Shown one piece after another: positions 51,503-64,000 of a stretch of DNA of 64,000 bases (positions within the stretch are counted from its first letter, which is position 1; every line of letters begins with the position of its first letter). The notes under the pieces are model-generated. The model saw only the letters and a program-made list of their open reading frames with translations, had not been told where the DNA came from and made no database searches. The DNA is from Patellaria atrata CBS 101060 (Eukaryota), in NCBI GenBank assembly GCA_010093705.1, contig MU006094.1:471550-535549 (forward strand), read 5' to 3'. The translations under genes were made by a program, and so were the position numbers.

Positions 51503-51940
51503 TCATATCTGAAAACTGCTACGGCCACCACGAGAGGACCCAGTAAACGTGACGACTCGCCCATTGGCTCGGAAGTAGGAGAGACCAGGGCTCGGATTTT
51601 GAGGGAGGTTTGCTCGGTGTTGATTGAGCTCAGTCGAAGTCATGTAGACCCAGTAAAGCTGGCCATGTTCGAGTAAAGGTACGCAATACTCTGAAACTGA
51701 TTGCATAGAAGTCGCCGTTCCGCTTGTATTTGCTGTTTCCCTTTTTGATGGTCTACCAAGAGACTATGCGTTCAGATCAGCTTTGTAAAGTTGTTAATGG
51801 CTATGGCTGGAAAATACCAGACACGTCCCACACGCATCATCTTTCTGCCATACCCAATTCGGACAATTGTATTCAAACCTATAACAACACGCAAATCTGT
51901 AATAACCCCCACCGCCGCCACTGCCACCACCGCTACTCAT
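51503..51940 (-). CDS. Small Cys-motif (putative Zn-binding) uncharacterised fungal protein, 127 aa, 2 exons
   Basis: Exon 1 51940-51818 reads MSSGGGSGGGGGYYRFACCYRFEYNCPNWVWQKDDACGTCL. A 54-nt intron 51764-51817 (GTATTT..CTGAA..TAG) contains an in-frame stop. Exon 2 continues in frame SLGRP...EYCVPLLEHGQLYW, joining two separate ORF-track entries. Confidence 0.72.
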
Positions 51941-54900
51941 ATTGCAGATAATAATAATAATATTGTTCGAAGGTAAATGGTTCAGAAAAGCCGAGTGATT
52001 GAACAACAGAGTGCTGCCAGCGCAAGAAGAGAATTACTGAGGTCGAAGGGGCTCGTACGAGGAGAGGATAAAGCGCTCTTTTAAGGACCTCAAATATGAG
52101 CCGCAATTCTGCTCAGTTGCCATGACAAGGTACCTGAACCTGCTGGCTCGCGTTTTCAGTAAAACGATAAACGGTGTGAACTTGATTCCTACAAGCCTTT
52201 TGTTATGCAGATCTACCAGAAGTACTCTCACAGCTCGCATAGCATATATATTGAAGTTGTTGTCCAAACACCCGGGAGATTTTTATTCGAGATTTCCACT
52301 ATTATTCGGCGGACCACTCTGTTGGCTCAGCCAAGGCCAGGAGAACTGGTGGAGTATGTCAGCGCTTGACATGCGCGGTCGTTCGCAGGAGGTAATGCGT
52401 TGCTTAATATGCCAAAGTAAAGATGAAGAAAGGATTCGTACCAGCAAGAGGCCATGGCCGCGGGAAATTGTGGGCTAATCAGAGTTCATATTCTTAGGAC
52501 TACTTCGTCAGTTGGTGGAGACCACAGGTGACACCAAAAGACAGACATGGCTCAGGATTATAATCGCCAGGTAAGAATGTAGTTGTTGCTAGAAGAAGAC
52601 CTTTGCTACTATCAGTCTGCTAGAAACTGAAAGCCGACCGTGCTGCTGGGCGGCAAGGATTCGGAATGCGTGATGCCGAGAACTGTTAGAGTTACCCTTG
52701 CTGTCCAGCTATTGCATTTAAACCTGATTTTCTGATTGGAAGGCTTGTCTTCAGCTCTGAGTTGGAGTGCACGGTTCGGGACAACTCCCATATCCACCCG
52801 ACCAACCCGATGACCTTTTTCGCTATATTGAGGGTAAACCTATTGGTTACTGAAGAAGGGAGCCTAGGGAGGCCTTGTCGGCCCTCTATAGTCTTCACGA
52901 GTCTTTAAGATCATGTACGCTCCGTGGACATGCGGGATCGTTTGGTGGGAGAGGTGTCAGACAAGTCAGAAGCGATTCTGTGTGGAGGGTGGCCTGGGGG
53001 GTTCACCAGGTTTCTTTCCCGCCACCGACGCGGGAGCACCTCCATCACTTCGACGTAAAGCTGTTACTGGCCGCGTGAAAGAGTGGGTAGATTGGTCGCC
53101 GGTGAACCGCGGAGACGAGCGAGAGGGGGGTTCTTTTACTACTCGCCAAAGCCCCCATCAGACTTACAGTAAGGTTATTCGAAACCTCGCAGATCGTTGA
53201 TGACGAAGCGACCTACCCAGTAGTATCTCACGCTCTCGTTGATATTGTCGCACAAGAGACGGAGCCACCCATATCCCATGACTGGATAAAGACTTTTTGA
53301 GGGACTATACGCCCTCTTCGTAAGCTGAACTCTGACTGCAATCTCTTACAAGCTATTGTGACGTTTGCCTTTGATTGACCCCAAACAGCACCACAGGGGC
53401 AGATTGCAATAATACAACAGTCAGAAGCATATGAGATTGCTTCATCAACAATTAAAACGTCTGGAAATCGATCCGTATTTCGAATATATGCGGATTTTTT
53501 TGATGGCAATCCCGATGTGGCGATTCCCTGGGCTTTCTGTAGAACCCTTCAGACAAGTGAGTGACAATTCTTAGCTTTTGGATACGAGGGGAACGTTACT
53601 TGCAACAAAACCAGCCTGCAAACACTCCACAAGTCCCATATGTCAGGATATCATATTTTGATATTTACCCCTAAACTCAGGGTTAGTCACGTGCTTCGAT
53701 GGTAACACCATCCTCTTTCTGCGAACAAGACCGAGCATCACCTTCAACAGATGTTCAATTACGCTTTTCTAGAACTCCATACCCTTTCATTCAAAGTTCG
53801 AGAACAGAAAAAGAAAAGATTTTGTGGCGTACCTCACGAGCGCACTTGATCGCAAAGATCTTGACACCCTCAAGTCCGCTTTATGTTTCCGTTCTTTTCA
53901 GATCTACGTTCAATTGCTTCATCTTCTCGCGCAATGTGGCGGAAAGCCACCGTAGCTCATCGAGAGCTTGTTCAACGACTGGCTTGGCGAGAACTCTTGC
54001 GCCATTGTGATGGTTTTACACGGTATGCAGATTGCAGATATTCAGAAAATGTCCGTCACACGCCTCGTTCGGAGGTCTGATCCCATTCAGGAAGAAGCGA
54101 AGGAAACGCATTACGTTTGCAAAAGCTTCAGATCTGTCTGAGATCCATGCTCTCGTCGAAAGTCAAAACAGAGATTGAGATACATATCGAAAAGCAGGCT
54201 GAAGCAACAAGTCTAGTGGTGAAGCGCCCCTAATGCACACTATACAAGTCGACGCGAGAAGAATCCCGCACCTAGCTGGCTCGGTATCACGTGAAAACGC
54301 CTAGAGCTTGAGGCTTTAAAGAAGAAACCTATTTCACCTGCCTTATGCGACTTGAACAATCCTATCTCGAGACAAGGCAGGACACTTGTGGTTGTTTAAA
54401 CCCATCACGAGCGCATAGCACCTCAGTAACTTTGATAGACGTTCCACTAGCACATGAACCAGCGAGCCCTGGCGGCTTTTTATACTATCTCACCACCATC
54501 AGTGCACTACTGAGGTGTTGCGCGCAATTGCAATTGCAGAAATCAAACTTACGATGCCAATTGTAGTAGTCTTGAAAGCTAAGACCTCCTGTAGGAGTAG
54601 TTCCAGTTTACCTTTAAGCAACATGGCGTATCAAACGGCGATCATCGCCATCCGTCGGCATAACGAGCGAGCGAGACAAAAAGTGAACAAGGCAGAAGCA
54701 CAGTACGAGTGGACGGTTGGTCTTTTCGTTGTCAAGGGTCGCTTTGGGTCTTACTTTCGTGGGGGTACAGGAGCTCCCAAATCTCCAAATTCTGCATGCC
54801 TTAACGTCGCCCAACTTTACAATATGTCATTTCCAGTTTTAATCATTTGCTCCCCCATGCTCTTTGCGTTATCAAAGACGGCTCAGACTCCTTCAAGTCT

Positions 54901-56807
54901 TCCAGCAGTGCGGCCATGCCAAGTACAATATCAGGAACGAGCATTCGAGCAAGGCACAACTTGCGCGAGCATGAGGGCTTCAGCCTTTAGCTTTTCTTGT
55001 CCCCAACGGGCCTGCGACACCTTTTTCTCGGTCAGATAGCCAGAGCGAGGGGTTGGGTTGATGAAGGGCCTCGGGCAATGGGAAATGTCTATAATTACCT
55101 TACCCATGAACTTCATCACACACTACGCAAAACTAACCGAAAACAAGATAATCTCGCTCACAATTTAGTTCGATGTAACTGAGATCGAATCATTGACGCC
55201 TATCTCAAGTTCTCAACTTTACTTTGGTCCCTTAATAGGCGCCAAAAATGAACTGGGCACATTGATGACATGGGATGAATCTACCCCTCTGTTCCCCTCA
55301 GATGTTTTCCAACCTGAGTGGACTACCGGCGATAATGAACATATGGATCTTCCCACCACTGATCTTTCTCATAGATACCTCTGGCAGTTTGGCTAGATCA
55401 TTTGATAAGGAGGGTAAATGACTGGTGCCCCAGGGCTGGCGGAATGAAGAAAGTTCAACTCGGAGCCTCCTCAGTCCTCGTCCAAGCTCCACTTAGAACT
55501 ACCGCGACTTAAATCTAATTTACTACTTGTGCGACTAATTCTATACATATTCTGAATTTGGTAAAATCCATCTACGTCGTTGTGCACCGGTCCTTACTAG
55601 TACAAAGACAGTCTTGACTTGCAACCGTTACTCTTAAGACTTCCTTTTGATGTTCACCGCTCGACGACATGTCGTCCAGTAGTGATTCTTTGCGGGGTTG
55701 CGGCAGTGGTTCTACATCTTACTCAAGTGTCTCGAAAGCTTGCCATGCCCAAGCGGTCCTGATATCAAATTCACACCGAAGTGTATAGTATCCTGGGGGA
55801 AACATGGCAAGGGTTATTTGTATGTTTTTACGTACTTCAAGCGACGCAACCATAGCGATTCGTCAATTTCTCCCGATCCCTTACAGATTTTACTGGAACG
55901 AGACAAGGCAGCACCCGTCACTCTAGGCTCTTTGTCTCCTGTATGTGAGCACGGAGAGATGTAGATATACGGGTTAAACCGCAGCTCGAGTCTCCAGTAT
56001 AGCCAAGGACGGGGGATAATGAGCACGAATGGCACTAGAAAGAAGAGAAACTTCGAATAGGATTCCATGCATCGTGCCAAAAGATGCCACTACGCATGAA
56101 ACGGTCTTGCCACCAGAGAGATCCAACCTTATTTGTCGCCATCAAGCATCGGAGCCGACCGTCGAGCCTGTGTTTAGCCTTGTTGTGATTGATGGTGTAC
56201 AGTAGCACTGGTGAGTTGCCTCCTTGTGCCTCCTTAAGCTTGTTTTTTCTTTCGTCTCTCTGTGGCAGTATTCAGATCTTAGAATTACCGTACAGCGGTT
56301 CGCCCGTCGACGGCTGAGCTATTCTGCATACAATCCCGCGCCTTTAACGGTCAAAGCCGTCATTTTTTCCCTCGGTTCCTGACATTTTGAGACAATGACA
56401 AGACACCTGTGAAAGATTATCTGTCCCTGAGCCTGTTTTGTGTAGTTGCTTGACTACTTGCCGCCGACAGCATGACCCGTCGGCGTAGTTCTAGTATTCT
56501 AGTTGAACAGGCAGTATTAGCAGGGACGGCAAGCTACTACTACTGCAGATGCCAGTATGTAGTTTCTACTGTACAGCACAATAACTCCTGCATCGCGGCG
56601 ATGTGCTGCATCCTGCACCGTTCTGTTTGCTGCTTCCGATGTAGCGGCCGCCGGATCATCATGGGCGATTTGATGATGATTGGTGGGCTTTGTCTTTGTG
56701 GCCGAAAAGTCGATCGCGGTCCTGCATCTGTTTTCTGCTCGGTTCACACAGAAAGAAGACGATGTAACCCTTCCGAATCCCAGGCTCAGGCTCAAGTGGC
56801 CCTCTCG

Positions 56808-56847
56808 CTGACCTTTGACCTCTGACCTCTCACCTCTCACCTCTGAC
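56808..56847. repeat. 7-bp tandem repeat (CT[G/C]ACCT x5-6) upstream of the acr-2-like gene
   Basis: ctgacct ttgacct ctgacct ctcacct ctcacct ctgac. Confidence 0.75.
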
Positions 56848-57488
56848 AACGAGATTTGTACCATCTATCAAATTCTCCTTGTCAAAACAGTCTAAATGCT
56901 CCTGAGAGGCTGAACGCCCCAGGACGCCTCCTATTCAGTGAGTCCAGTAAATCCAGTTGCCGCATCAAGTTGAAAAATGGCCTTGACCCATTCCGCACAA
57001 CAATCGACGTACTCCATCTTTCTTTTCTGTTTATTATTACTACTCTACACCTCCTGGTGGTCAACTGCTCGCTAGACGCCACAACCAGTACCAGTTTCTG
57101 GGGAATATCTTGTCGTCAAAGCGCACCGCATACCTAGTCCTTCAATATGCCAAATCCCACACTTCTCTGCACGCTCCCTCCAACAGCATTCTGAATTAGC
57201 CCAATACCCCCGGCAGTATCGTCAGTGCAACCCCTTGGCGACGCCTGGGACTCCCATGTCCTTCTCGGTGATCTTATCTTGAGTGGAGTTGGCTCATCCA
57301 GAGCTACTCGTCTAACAGCTCAGATACCCCCCAGAACTGACGGCCGTGTTGAAATAACCATATTATTCAAGGCGTGGCTGCTCATCCAATTTTCATTTAA
57401 TCATTTTACCGGTCTTTGAAAATTTTACTACTGTTGCATTTGTTCAACTTATTTTCTTTTCATCTTTGCCGCCTGATAACCAGGGACT

Positions 57489-60179
57489 ATGTCTTCTATA
57501 TCTCAACCTACCGTGGACACTCCTGCTGTCGAACCTGCACAACCTACTACTGTTCCAAGGAAACGTCGTAGAAGAGCTCCAGCTACCGGTGCTACTGAAG
57601 ATTGTTTCACATGTAGAAAGCGCCAGACAAAATGTGACAGGAGAAGACCTTACTGCTCTCAATGTATAGATCTCGGGAAAGAATGTTCAGGATACCGAAC
57701 TACTTTGACATGGGGGGTCGGGGTCGCGAGCCGAGGAAAGCTTCGAGGAATGTCACTTCCAGTCCCCAAATCACCATCAACGACTGCAGAAACTTCAGAT
57801 ACGAAGGGCACGACGGCAGCTTCACGCAAACGTTCTCCCACCGCTGCTCCTCAATCCACAAAATCTCAAACAAAGACCGAGAAAGTAAAATCACCGTCAC
57901 CTGGAACGAGCCCTCCTCCGATGAACTCCATGAGCTATGATTTCTTCAACAGCACTACTCCAATCCCAATTCCTTCGAATCACAGCCATGAGCCGAGCTG
58001 GAATTTCTCCGGACCTGAAGATCATGATGGATATGGTGCGCCTAGCAAATTGAGGCAGCAATACCTACATCCTCGACCATTGCAACGGTTACAGACTTCA
58101 CTCGCTGCGTCGTGGGATGACACTGGATTATCAGCTTCCACAGGTTCTTTGAGCACCTACAGTGATAGTGACTACCCTTCTCCCGCCGATTATCCACAAA
58201 CCCCAGATGACTGTTCTTATATGGAATCATTTCCTGGTCAATTCGGAGAACCTTATTTGAACCCTCCTCGGATGATAGGATCAACGGAAAGCTTTATATT
58301 TCACGGTGTCCCTCGGTCCTATCCTATTGCTTGTGATGATATGAGTTCAAGCATCAGTTCAGACCAGAGCATCCATGATTTCGTCGAAGTCTCCTCGGTG
58401 CAGCAACCCGTGACTTATGGACCGGCGAGCTATCAAGATGGATATTATAATAGTAATGTTGGAATTGCGCAGCCAAGTAGTGGTCAAGACCTAGCTGCCA
58501 GGTATATTTTTGGGCCACATATCGAAGGTGTGCATACGATCCCATCCGAGGAGATGACCTATCAAGCTCATGGATCTTCCAGTTCTCTTCTAAACCCCCC
58601 CTCCTCCTCCTCCTCCTCCTCCTCCTCCATTCCGCGAAGTCTGCAGCCCACGCACTTCTATCACCTTCCACCCCGAATGCAATATCTGCTTGACTATTAC
58701 GATAAAGCGATCTGCCCCGTACTCGTAGCATTCGATGGCCCTAGTAACCCTTACCGTATGCATGTTATGCACCTTGCAATGCGAAGTGAGAGCTTGCAGA
58801 ATGCAATTGCTGCATTAGCAACCAACAACATTCGCATGCGTGCTACTCATGGTTCAAAACGTATAGAATTTAGCTCCGATTCCCATCTATCTTCCGAGCA
58901 TGCAGCTGAAGCATTTAAAGATATCCAGAAGAAGCCTACCGCGGAGGAATTGACTTACAAATCTACTTCTGTCGAACTACTGAATGCTCAACTCGCAGAT
59001 CGAGATCAAGCAAAACATGATTCCGTACTAGCAACACTTCTAATTCTCTGTCTCTTTCATGTCTGTGATTCGGGTTATTCAAAATTACAAACTCAATTAG
59101 CAGGTGTGCAGAAGCTTCTCTCTATGCGCGAAGGTACTATTCCGAGTGGTTTCGTCGGCTGGATCATCATGTTCTTTACCTGGTTCGATACCCTAAGTGC
59201 TCCTGTTAACGACCGCGAGACTCAAATTCGAAGCGATTGCGTGGACATCATGGACTTCACAGCGAATCTAGGCGCACTAGAACATCTTGCAGGCTGTGAA
59301 GGCCGTCTCTTCAAGCTCATCGCTCGCCTTGGACGCCTGAACCTCCTATCCCAAAATCGACCGGTCCGTGATCAGGGATTGGAAAAGACACCTCGAGCTT
59401 CCCCACAGCCTAAACGCGCTGCAAGGGACTATTACAGCCTGCACTTCGATCATCTCGACGGAAACGGATGGGGCTCACCGGTTAGCGGCTCCCCGCCTAA
59501 GACATCAACCATCCGCGCCGCCTTGCCCCACGCTTCTGGCCCCCTCGGCATCTCCGACCCAGACATTCGCCACGAATTCTGGGCCGAATGGCGCGAGATC
59601 CGGTCGAAGCTCCAGGAATGGGAACTTGACCCATCTGACAAGACGGCGGTTAACAACCCCACATCTCACCCGCAGGCTACAACACAGCCGGCGCAGTCTG
59701 ATGCGGATCTCCTGCATATATCCGAGAGTTTTAGATACTCTGCTCTGTTGTATACGGAACGTCTTGCGTACCCTGGCATCGCACCATCGAGCCCCAATTT
59801 GCAGAGATTCGTTACCAGCGCCCTGTTCCACATCTCGCAGATTGGGATTACCTCTTGTGTCAACAAGTTTCTGCTCTGGCCCCTTTTCATCACCGGCACC
59901 GAATGCGTGTCAGAAGAGCAGAGAGGGATAGTTCGTGCTAGATGTGTGGAGATCCAACGTGAAAGCGGGTTCTACAACAATCTCAGCGGACTCGAGGTTC
60001 TGGAGCGCGTATGGACAGAAGATGATGCAAGGGCAACGGGCATCGAGATCAAGGGAGAGGACAACACCAAAACAATTTCGCCAAGCAACAATTTCACGAG
60101 CGACATTGGGAGATGCAGACAAGCGTTTCGCTGGAGAAAGGCTATGGACAGGACGGATGGGGAGTACATATTGATATGA
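57489..60179 (+). CDS. acr-2: Zn(II)2Cys6 transcription factor, Acr-2-like, with Fungal_trans_2 domain; intronless, 896 aa
   Basis: RRRAPATGATEDCFTCRKRQTKCDRRRPYCSQC..CSGYRTTLTWGVGVASRGKLRG. C-terminal LLWPLFITGTEC, SGFYNN and FRWRKAMDRTDGEYILI. Confidence 0.88.
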   Translation: MSSISQPTVDTPAVEPAQPTTVPRKRRRRAPATGATEDCFTCRKRQTKCDRRRPYCSQCIDLGKECSGYRTTLTWGVGVASRGKLRGMSLPVPKSPSTTAETSDTKGTTAASRKRSPTAAPQSTKSQTKTEKVKSPSPGTSPPPMNSMSYDFFNSTTPIPIPSNHSHEPSWNFSGPEDHDGYGAPSKLRQQYLHPRPLQRLQTSLAASWDDTGLSASTGSLSTYSDSDYPSPADYPQTPDDCSYMESFPGQFGEPYLNPPRMIGSTESFIFHGVPRSYPIACDDMSSSISSDQSIHDFVEVSSVQQPVTYGPASYQDGYYNSNVGIAQPSSGQDLAARYIFGPHIEGVHTIPSEEMTYQAHGSSSSLLNPPSSSSSSSSSIPRSLQPTHFYHLPPRMQYLLDYYDKAICPVLVAFDGPSNPYRMHVMHLAMRSESLQNAIAALATNNIRMRATHGSKRIEFSSDSHLSSEHAAEAFKDIQKKPTAEELTYKSTSVELLNAQLADRDQAKHDSVLATLLILCLFHVCDSGYSKLQTQLAGVQKLLSMREGTIPSGFVGWIIMFFTWFDTLSAPVNDRETQIRSDCVDIMDFTANLGALEHLAGCEGRLFKLIARLGRLNLLSQNRPVRDQGLEKTPRASPQPKRAARDYYSLHFDHLDGNGWGSPVSGSPPKTSTIRAALPHASGPLGISDPDIRHEFWAEWREIRSKLQEWELDPSDKTAVNNPTSHPQATTQPAQSDADLLHISESFRYSALLYTERLAYPGIAPSSPNLQRFVTSALFHISQIGITSCVNKFLLWPLFITGTECVSEEQRGIVRARCVEIQRESGFYNNLSGLEVLERVWTEDDARATGIEIKGEDNTKTISPSNNFTSDIGRCRQAFRWRKAMDRTDGEYILI

Positions 60180-60319
60180 TCTATTTTTGTTTCTCTCTTT
60201 GGCATACACCTGCTTTCTGCCTATATCCCATATGTTGTAACATGTACTATACCTCTCCCGTTTCTGCATCTTTTCCTTGAATACAGTCTCTTTTCGGCAT
60301 TAATGGCGGCATGAGAGGT

Positions 60320-60346
60320 TCAATGTCAATGTCAATGTCAATGTCA
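60320..60346. repeat. Hexanucleotide microsatellite (TCAATG x4)
   Basis: tcaatgtcaatgtcaatgtcaatgtca downstream of the acr-2-like gene. Confidence 0.75.
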
Positions 60347-62457
60347 CGGTTTGCATGAATCTCATGAAAGAACGACGATGAGCTGCAAGACATGATAGAC
60401 GTTTCTAAGTATAATAACTGTCCATAAGTTAGTCGTGTAGCTGTTGGCTGGCCGATGGTGGGCTGTAAATGACGAAATCCACACAGCAACCAAATAAGCA
60501 AACAAGAAAGTTCAAAACGTTCGGTTTCGGGTTATATAAATCTCGTCTAAAACGGTCATCTTCATGCCGCCCCTTCTTTCGTAAACGAAACCGATTGTAC
60601 CCACACGCTCATCTTCCCTCCTGACGCACGCAATCTGCTTCACCTCGATCGTCAAACCGGAGGTTACCTGAAACAACGGCATCGCCGAGATTAGCGGATC
60701 TGCTTGAGCTTTTCCCCTTCATTTCCCTTACCTCCAATACTGAGCCGGGTTAATCGTGTTCCCGAAACTTGGAGATCTCCCCTATCTCACATGCCAGCGG
60801 GAAGAACCGGAGGGCGTAGGGGAAGGAGAAGGGGCTATAGAGGGAGAGAGTCGCGAGCTAGTTCTTGATCTACCACTACCAGACGTTGCAGAGATCCCAA
60901 ACTTAACGCTAGCATTGTTGCTATTATCCACCCACGCAGGAGAGGAAGACGGGGTATGTTCCGCAGCTTGGGAAGCCGCAATACGGTATTCGTAAGAATA
61001 ACCCGGCACTGTATGTAGCGTAGATAAGAGCAAGCAGAGCACAAAAGATAGGTACGTACGGAGTATAACCAAGCACACGTATGTTATGTAGGGAGAAAAG
61101 GGGAAAATAACATAACATAACCATCCATCCATCCATCCTCCCTGTCGTTATACTGTCGGCTGTACCCCGTACCATGATATTTATCGCCCCTACTACTATA
61201 TCTGTCACTGTACCTGAATATGTACTTTATACCACACCAGAGCACAACACTTTCCTCCTTGTAACCGTACCTGAATCTGTACACACACTCCCTGTCTCTA
61301 CTCTCCCCTCCTTGCCTCCTTGTCACCGTACCTGAATACCTATCTATATCCGTTTCCCCCTCCTCCTGAACCCCATCAAGGCACAACAAACATCGCCACC
61401 CTCGATACGATTCGAATCAAACCTCGTATCCCCCTGACACAGGAGCGGCGGCGGGTAGGGCTCATACCTACCAGTCTTCGAAGTGCACAGTCCACAGCAA
61501 AGTCTCTACACCATGATCGGGACTCCGCCTTCACGATATGGAGATGCGGGTTTACCTTTGCCTATATGCAACTGTTGCAGTAGATCTTACGGAGGAAGTT
61601 CCTACATATTTCGTATGCTGTATTTTGGGGGCTCTGACATGTGCAACCGAGTCTACTGTACTTTGCTTGTTATGTGGTATACCTTAATTCCGCGCTGATT
61701 CCGCGGTCTTCACGTGCGTCGTGGTTTATCTGTATCTTATGTACCGTCGTACTAAACATCATGATGCCCTTTCCAGGGTCAGGGTCAGGGCTGACAAGGG
61801 CCCACGAAGGATCTCACGCCGCGAGAACACGAACATCTTTGCGCAACACTTCGATCGTCAAAAGCACGGATTTGTCAAATGTCGCCATAACTCTCAACCG
61901 GGCGTTTTGATCGGCGAAAAAATAAATAAATAAAAAGTATGGGGGTCAAGATCTACTATGACAGAGTTTGTATTGCGAAGTTGTGTGGAATGACAACACA
62001 AACCGCCCCTCGGCCACTCCCCCCCCCCTCGCCTCCACAACGGCCCAAGCGTACAAGGTAGGTAAAGAGCAACATGACCACCTCAGCTCACCTTGACAGC
62101 TTTTGGCGAGGGCATTTGGAATCCGCACATCTCACATCTCGCTGACCACGACCCTAGCCTTCACCCCCACGACCGCACTTGCCTTTGACGTAAGGTGCGA
62201 CTGAGCAAAGGTACAAAGCCGCTCCCCCCCGCGCCTCGCGAAAGCCCCCCAGACTTCTCGTCAGCAAGTCACCCATCGAGATCCTTTGCCAATACCGCCC
62301 GCATAGTCCAAACCGGTGCATCTGCACGACGGAGGATATGGGTGTGGCGCCGGCGTGTGCCGCAACTACCGACATGACATGAACATATCCCCATCGACCC
62401 CTTAGGGGGAAAGGGGAGGGTCACTTGGGCCCATCTAGGGGCCGGCTGAACGCTGGG

Positions 62458-64000
62458 TTACCTCCCTAGCAACGTCGTCGTCGGCTCTGAACCTGCCTCA
62501 CCACCATCGCTGGACTCCGCGGACCCTGCCAACGTCGCATCGACATCATGGTCGAGGTCGTGGTCGTTGCGCCCTTGACGTGCGTCTGCATCGTCTCCGT
62601 CTCCGTCGTGCCGGTTGGTGTCATCGTCGACAGCGATGGCCGCGAGCACGACGCCAACGGCCGCGACCAGCCCCGCGCACGCGAGGAAGGGGAGCCCGAT
62701 CCAGTTTCCACCCCACTTGACGCCTATGCGGAAGAGCTCCGCGAGAAGCGGGGCGCCGACGATGAGACCGACGTTCTCGATGACGCCAAGGGTCGTGTAG
62801 AGTCTCCCGACATGGTGTGGTTCGACGAGGCTGGTGAGCAGACTTCGAAGGAGAAACATCAAGCCGCCGCCGAGGTTGTATATGGCACAGGCGACGAGGA
62901 AGAGGGGGACGTTGGGTGCTGAGGCTGTAGTGAGGAAACCGAGAGCCATGATTAGAGCGGAGGCGCGGGAGAGGATGAGATCCTTGCGTTGAGCCGGGTG
63001 GTGGAGGAGAGAGGTGATGAAGGGGAGGATGACGAGAAGGACGAGTGTTAGCATACCGGACCGGATTGAGACTAGGAGGGTGGATTGGGATATGGAAATC
63101 CCGTAGCGTGTTGATGTGTAGAGTAGAAGGACCAAGTTGCTGGCGTATAACAGCATATGGATGAAGAAGGTGGGTATCAGTAGGATTATCCGTATGTCCG
63201 CTGTGATGAAACTGAAGGACGATTTGATGCCTGAAAGGAAGTTTTGCTTGTTAAAACCTGACAATGCAGGTGTCTCAGCAGATTCTAAAGAATCGGTATT
63301 CTGGTTTTTGTGGTAATTGAGCGTCTCTGGAACCGCAAAGACTATTCCTACCGCCGCACCTTGTACCAATAGTCCAAGGAATTGAGGTATCCATGGATTA
63401 TATGTCATAAGCCACGCAGTCAACGATGGAACAATGAATTGGCTGATCATCTGCGCCGCTCCTAATCGGTAGAACATAGTAATTCTGATAAAAGGTTAAT
63501 ATTGTAGGCAAGAAGGTAATTCAATTGGTTTTACCTCTCAGATTCATCAACCATGTCCGCAAGCATGGTAAATAACATTGCACTTGCTACTGGACTTGAT
63601 CCGGTAATAGCATGCAGTGCTGAAAGCCAGGAGAGGCGGATGGGAAGTGTATCAGCAAACCAGCCTAGATGATGTTTAGCAAACTGTTCCAGAAATATGG
63701 TGCATTTCTTGTGTATATTTGGAAATGAAGGAAATTAGGGGGAAGCTTGTATTTTCGTATAATTGCTAACGAATAAAATAAATATATAGAGTAAGATCGA
63801 ATTAAACATCGTCATGAAAAGGGAAATAAGAGTATAAAATGTTGAGAGCATACAAACGATCATTTTCCAGCCGCTTTGGAATACAAAACCAGCCATGACG
63901 AGCAGTAATACTGGCCATCTCCCGTACTTATCGGCGAACCAGCCCCATGGTATGGAGAATATCAAGCCTAGGAATTGTCAATATATGGATTTTTTTTAAC
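62458..64000 (-). CDS. MFS transporter, 5' end beyond the window edge
   Basis: MFS motif A-like GWFADKYGR in exon ~63854-63967. Multiple hydrophobic TM segments; RSLLTSLVEPHHVGRLY. Introns ~63486-63534 and ~63665-63853. Confidence 0.88.

Noticed and set aside
53228..53509. ORF containing DVLIVDEA (helicase Walker-B-like)
   Set aside because: No Walker A or other helicase motifs nearby, and no Helitron ends recognised.
53699..55500. Short protein-like fragments on both strands (e.g. VVEQALDELRWLSATLREKMKQL)
   Set aside because: Interrupted by stops, with no consistent gene model and no transposase or reverse transcriptase motifs; would need BLASTx.
60756..61933. Cluster of 70-116 codon ORFs between acr-2 and the MFS gene
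   Set aside because: Low-complexity, microsatellite-containing sequence with no coherent exon chain or motif.
57489..64000. Zn2Cys6 factor next to an MFS transporter as a possible secondary-metabolite cluster edge
   Set aside because: Acr-2-like factors are broadly conserved rather than cluster-specific, and no backbone enzyme is visible in the window.
1..64000. CRISPR arrays, tRNAs, rRNAs, intact transposons or large AT-rich RIP blocks
   Set aside because: None recognised by eye; tRNAscan-SE, Infernal and RepeatMasker would be needed to exclude small or divergent elements.

Overview
Intron-containing eukaryotic DNA from a filamentous ascomycete (Pezizomycotina; inferred from short GT-AG introns with CTAAC/CTGAC branch points and the gene families present). 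I support about 21 protein-coding genes. They include SSN6/CYC8, a secreted beta-propeller lactonase head-to-head with a secreted AA7/BBE-like FAD oxidase, a zf-HIT protein, COX11, a proline-rich orphan, SEC31 and an RRM-only PPIE-like protein. Further along are an NDUFA4/MLRQ-like protein head-to-head with COX12 (COX6B), MRPL33, a Ppo/LDS dioxygenase-P450 fusion, a LisH-WD40 TBL1/SIF2-like protein, a TMEM115/DUF1751 protein and a metallophosphoesterase. The right end carries a DOCK-family GEF, a small spliced Cys-motif protein split across two ORF-track entries, an Acr-2-like Zn2Cys6 factor and a partial MFS transporter. There is also a BTB/POZ pseudogene. I recognised no tRNA, rRNA, CRISPR array or intact transposon. 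Most interesting: (1) the divergent secreted oxidase + lactonase pair, a candidate two-step extracellular sugar-oxidation module; (2) the NDUFA4-like/COX6B bidirectional pair, with 3-, 13- and 16-nt microexons; (3) six ~1-kb islands where composition flips from C/A-rich to G/T-rich regardless of gene boundaries. All product calls come from motif recognition by eye; no searches were run.
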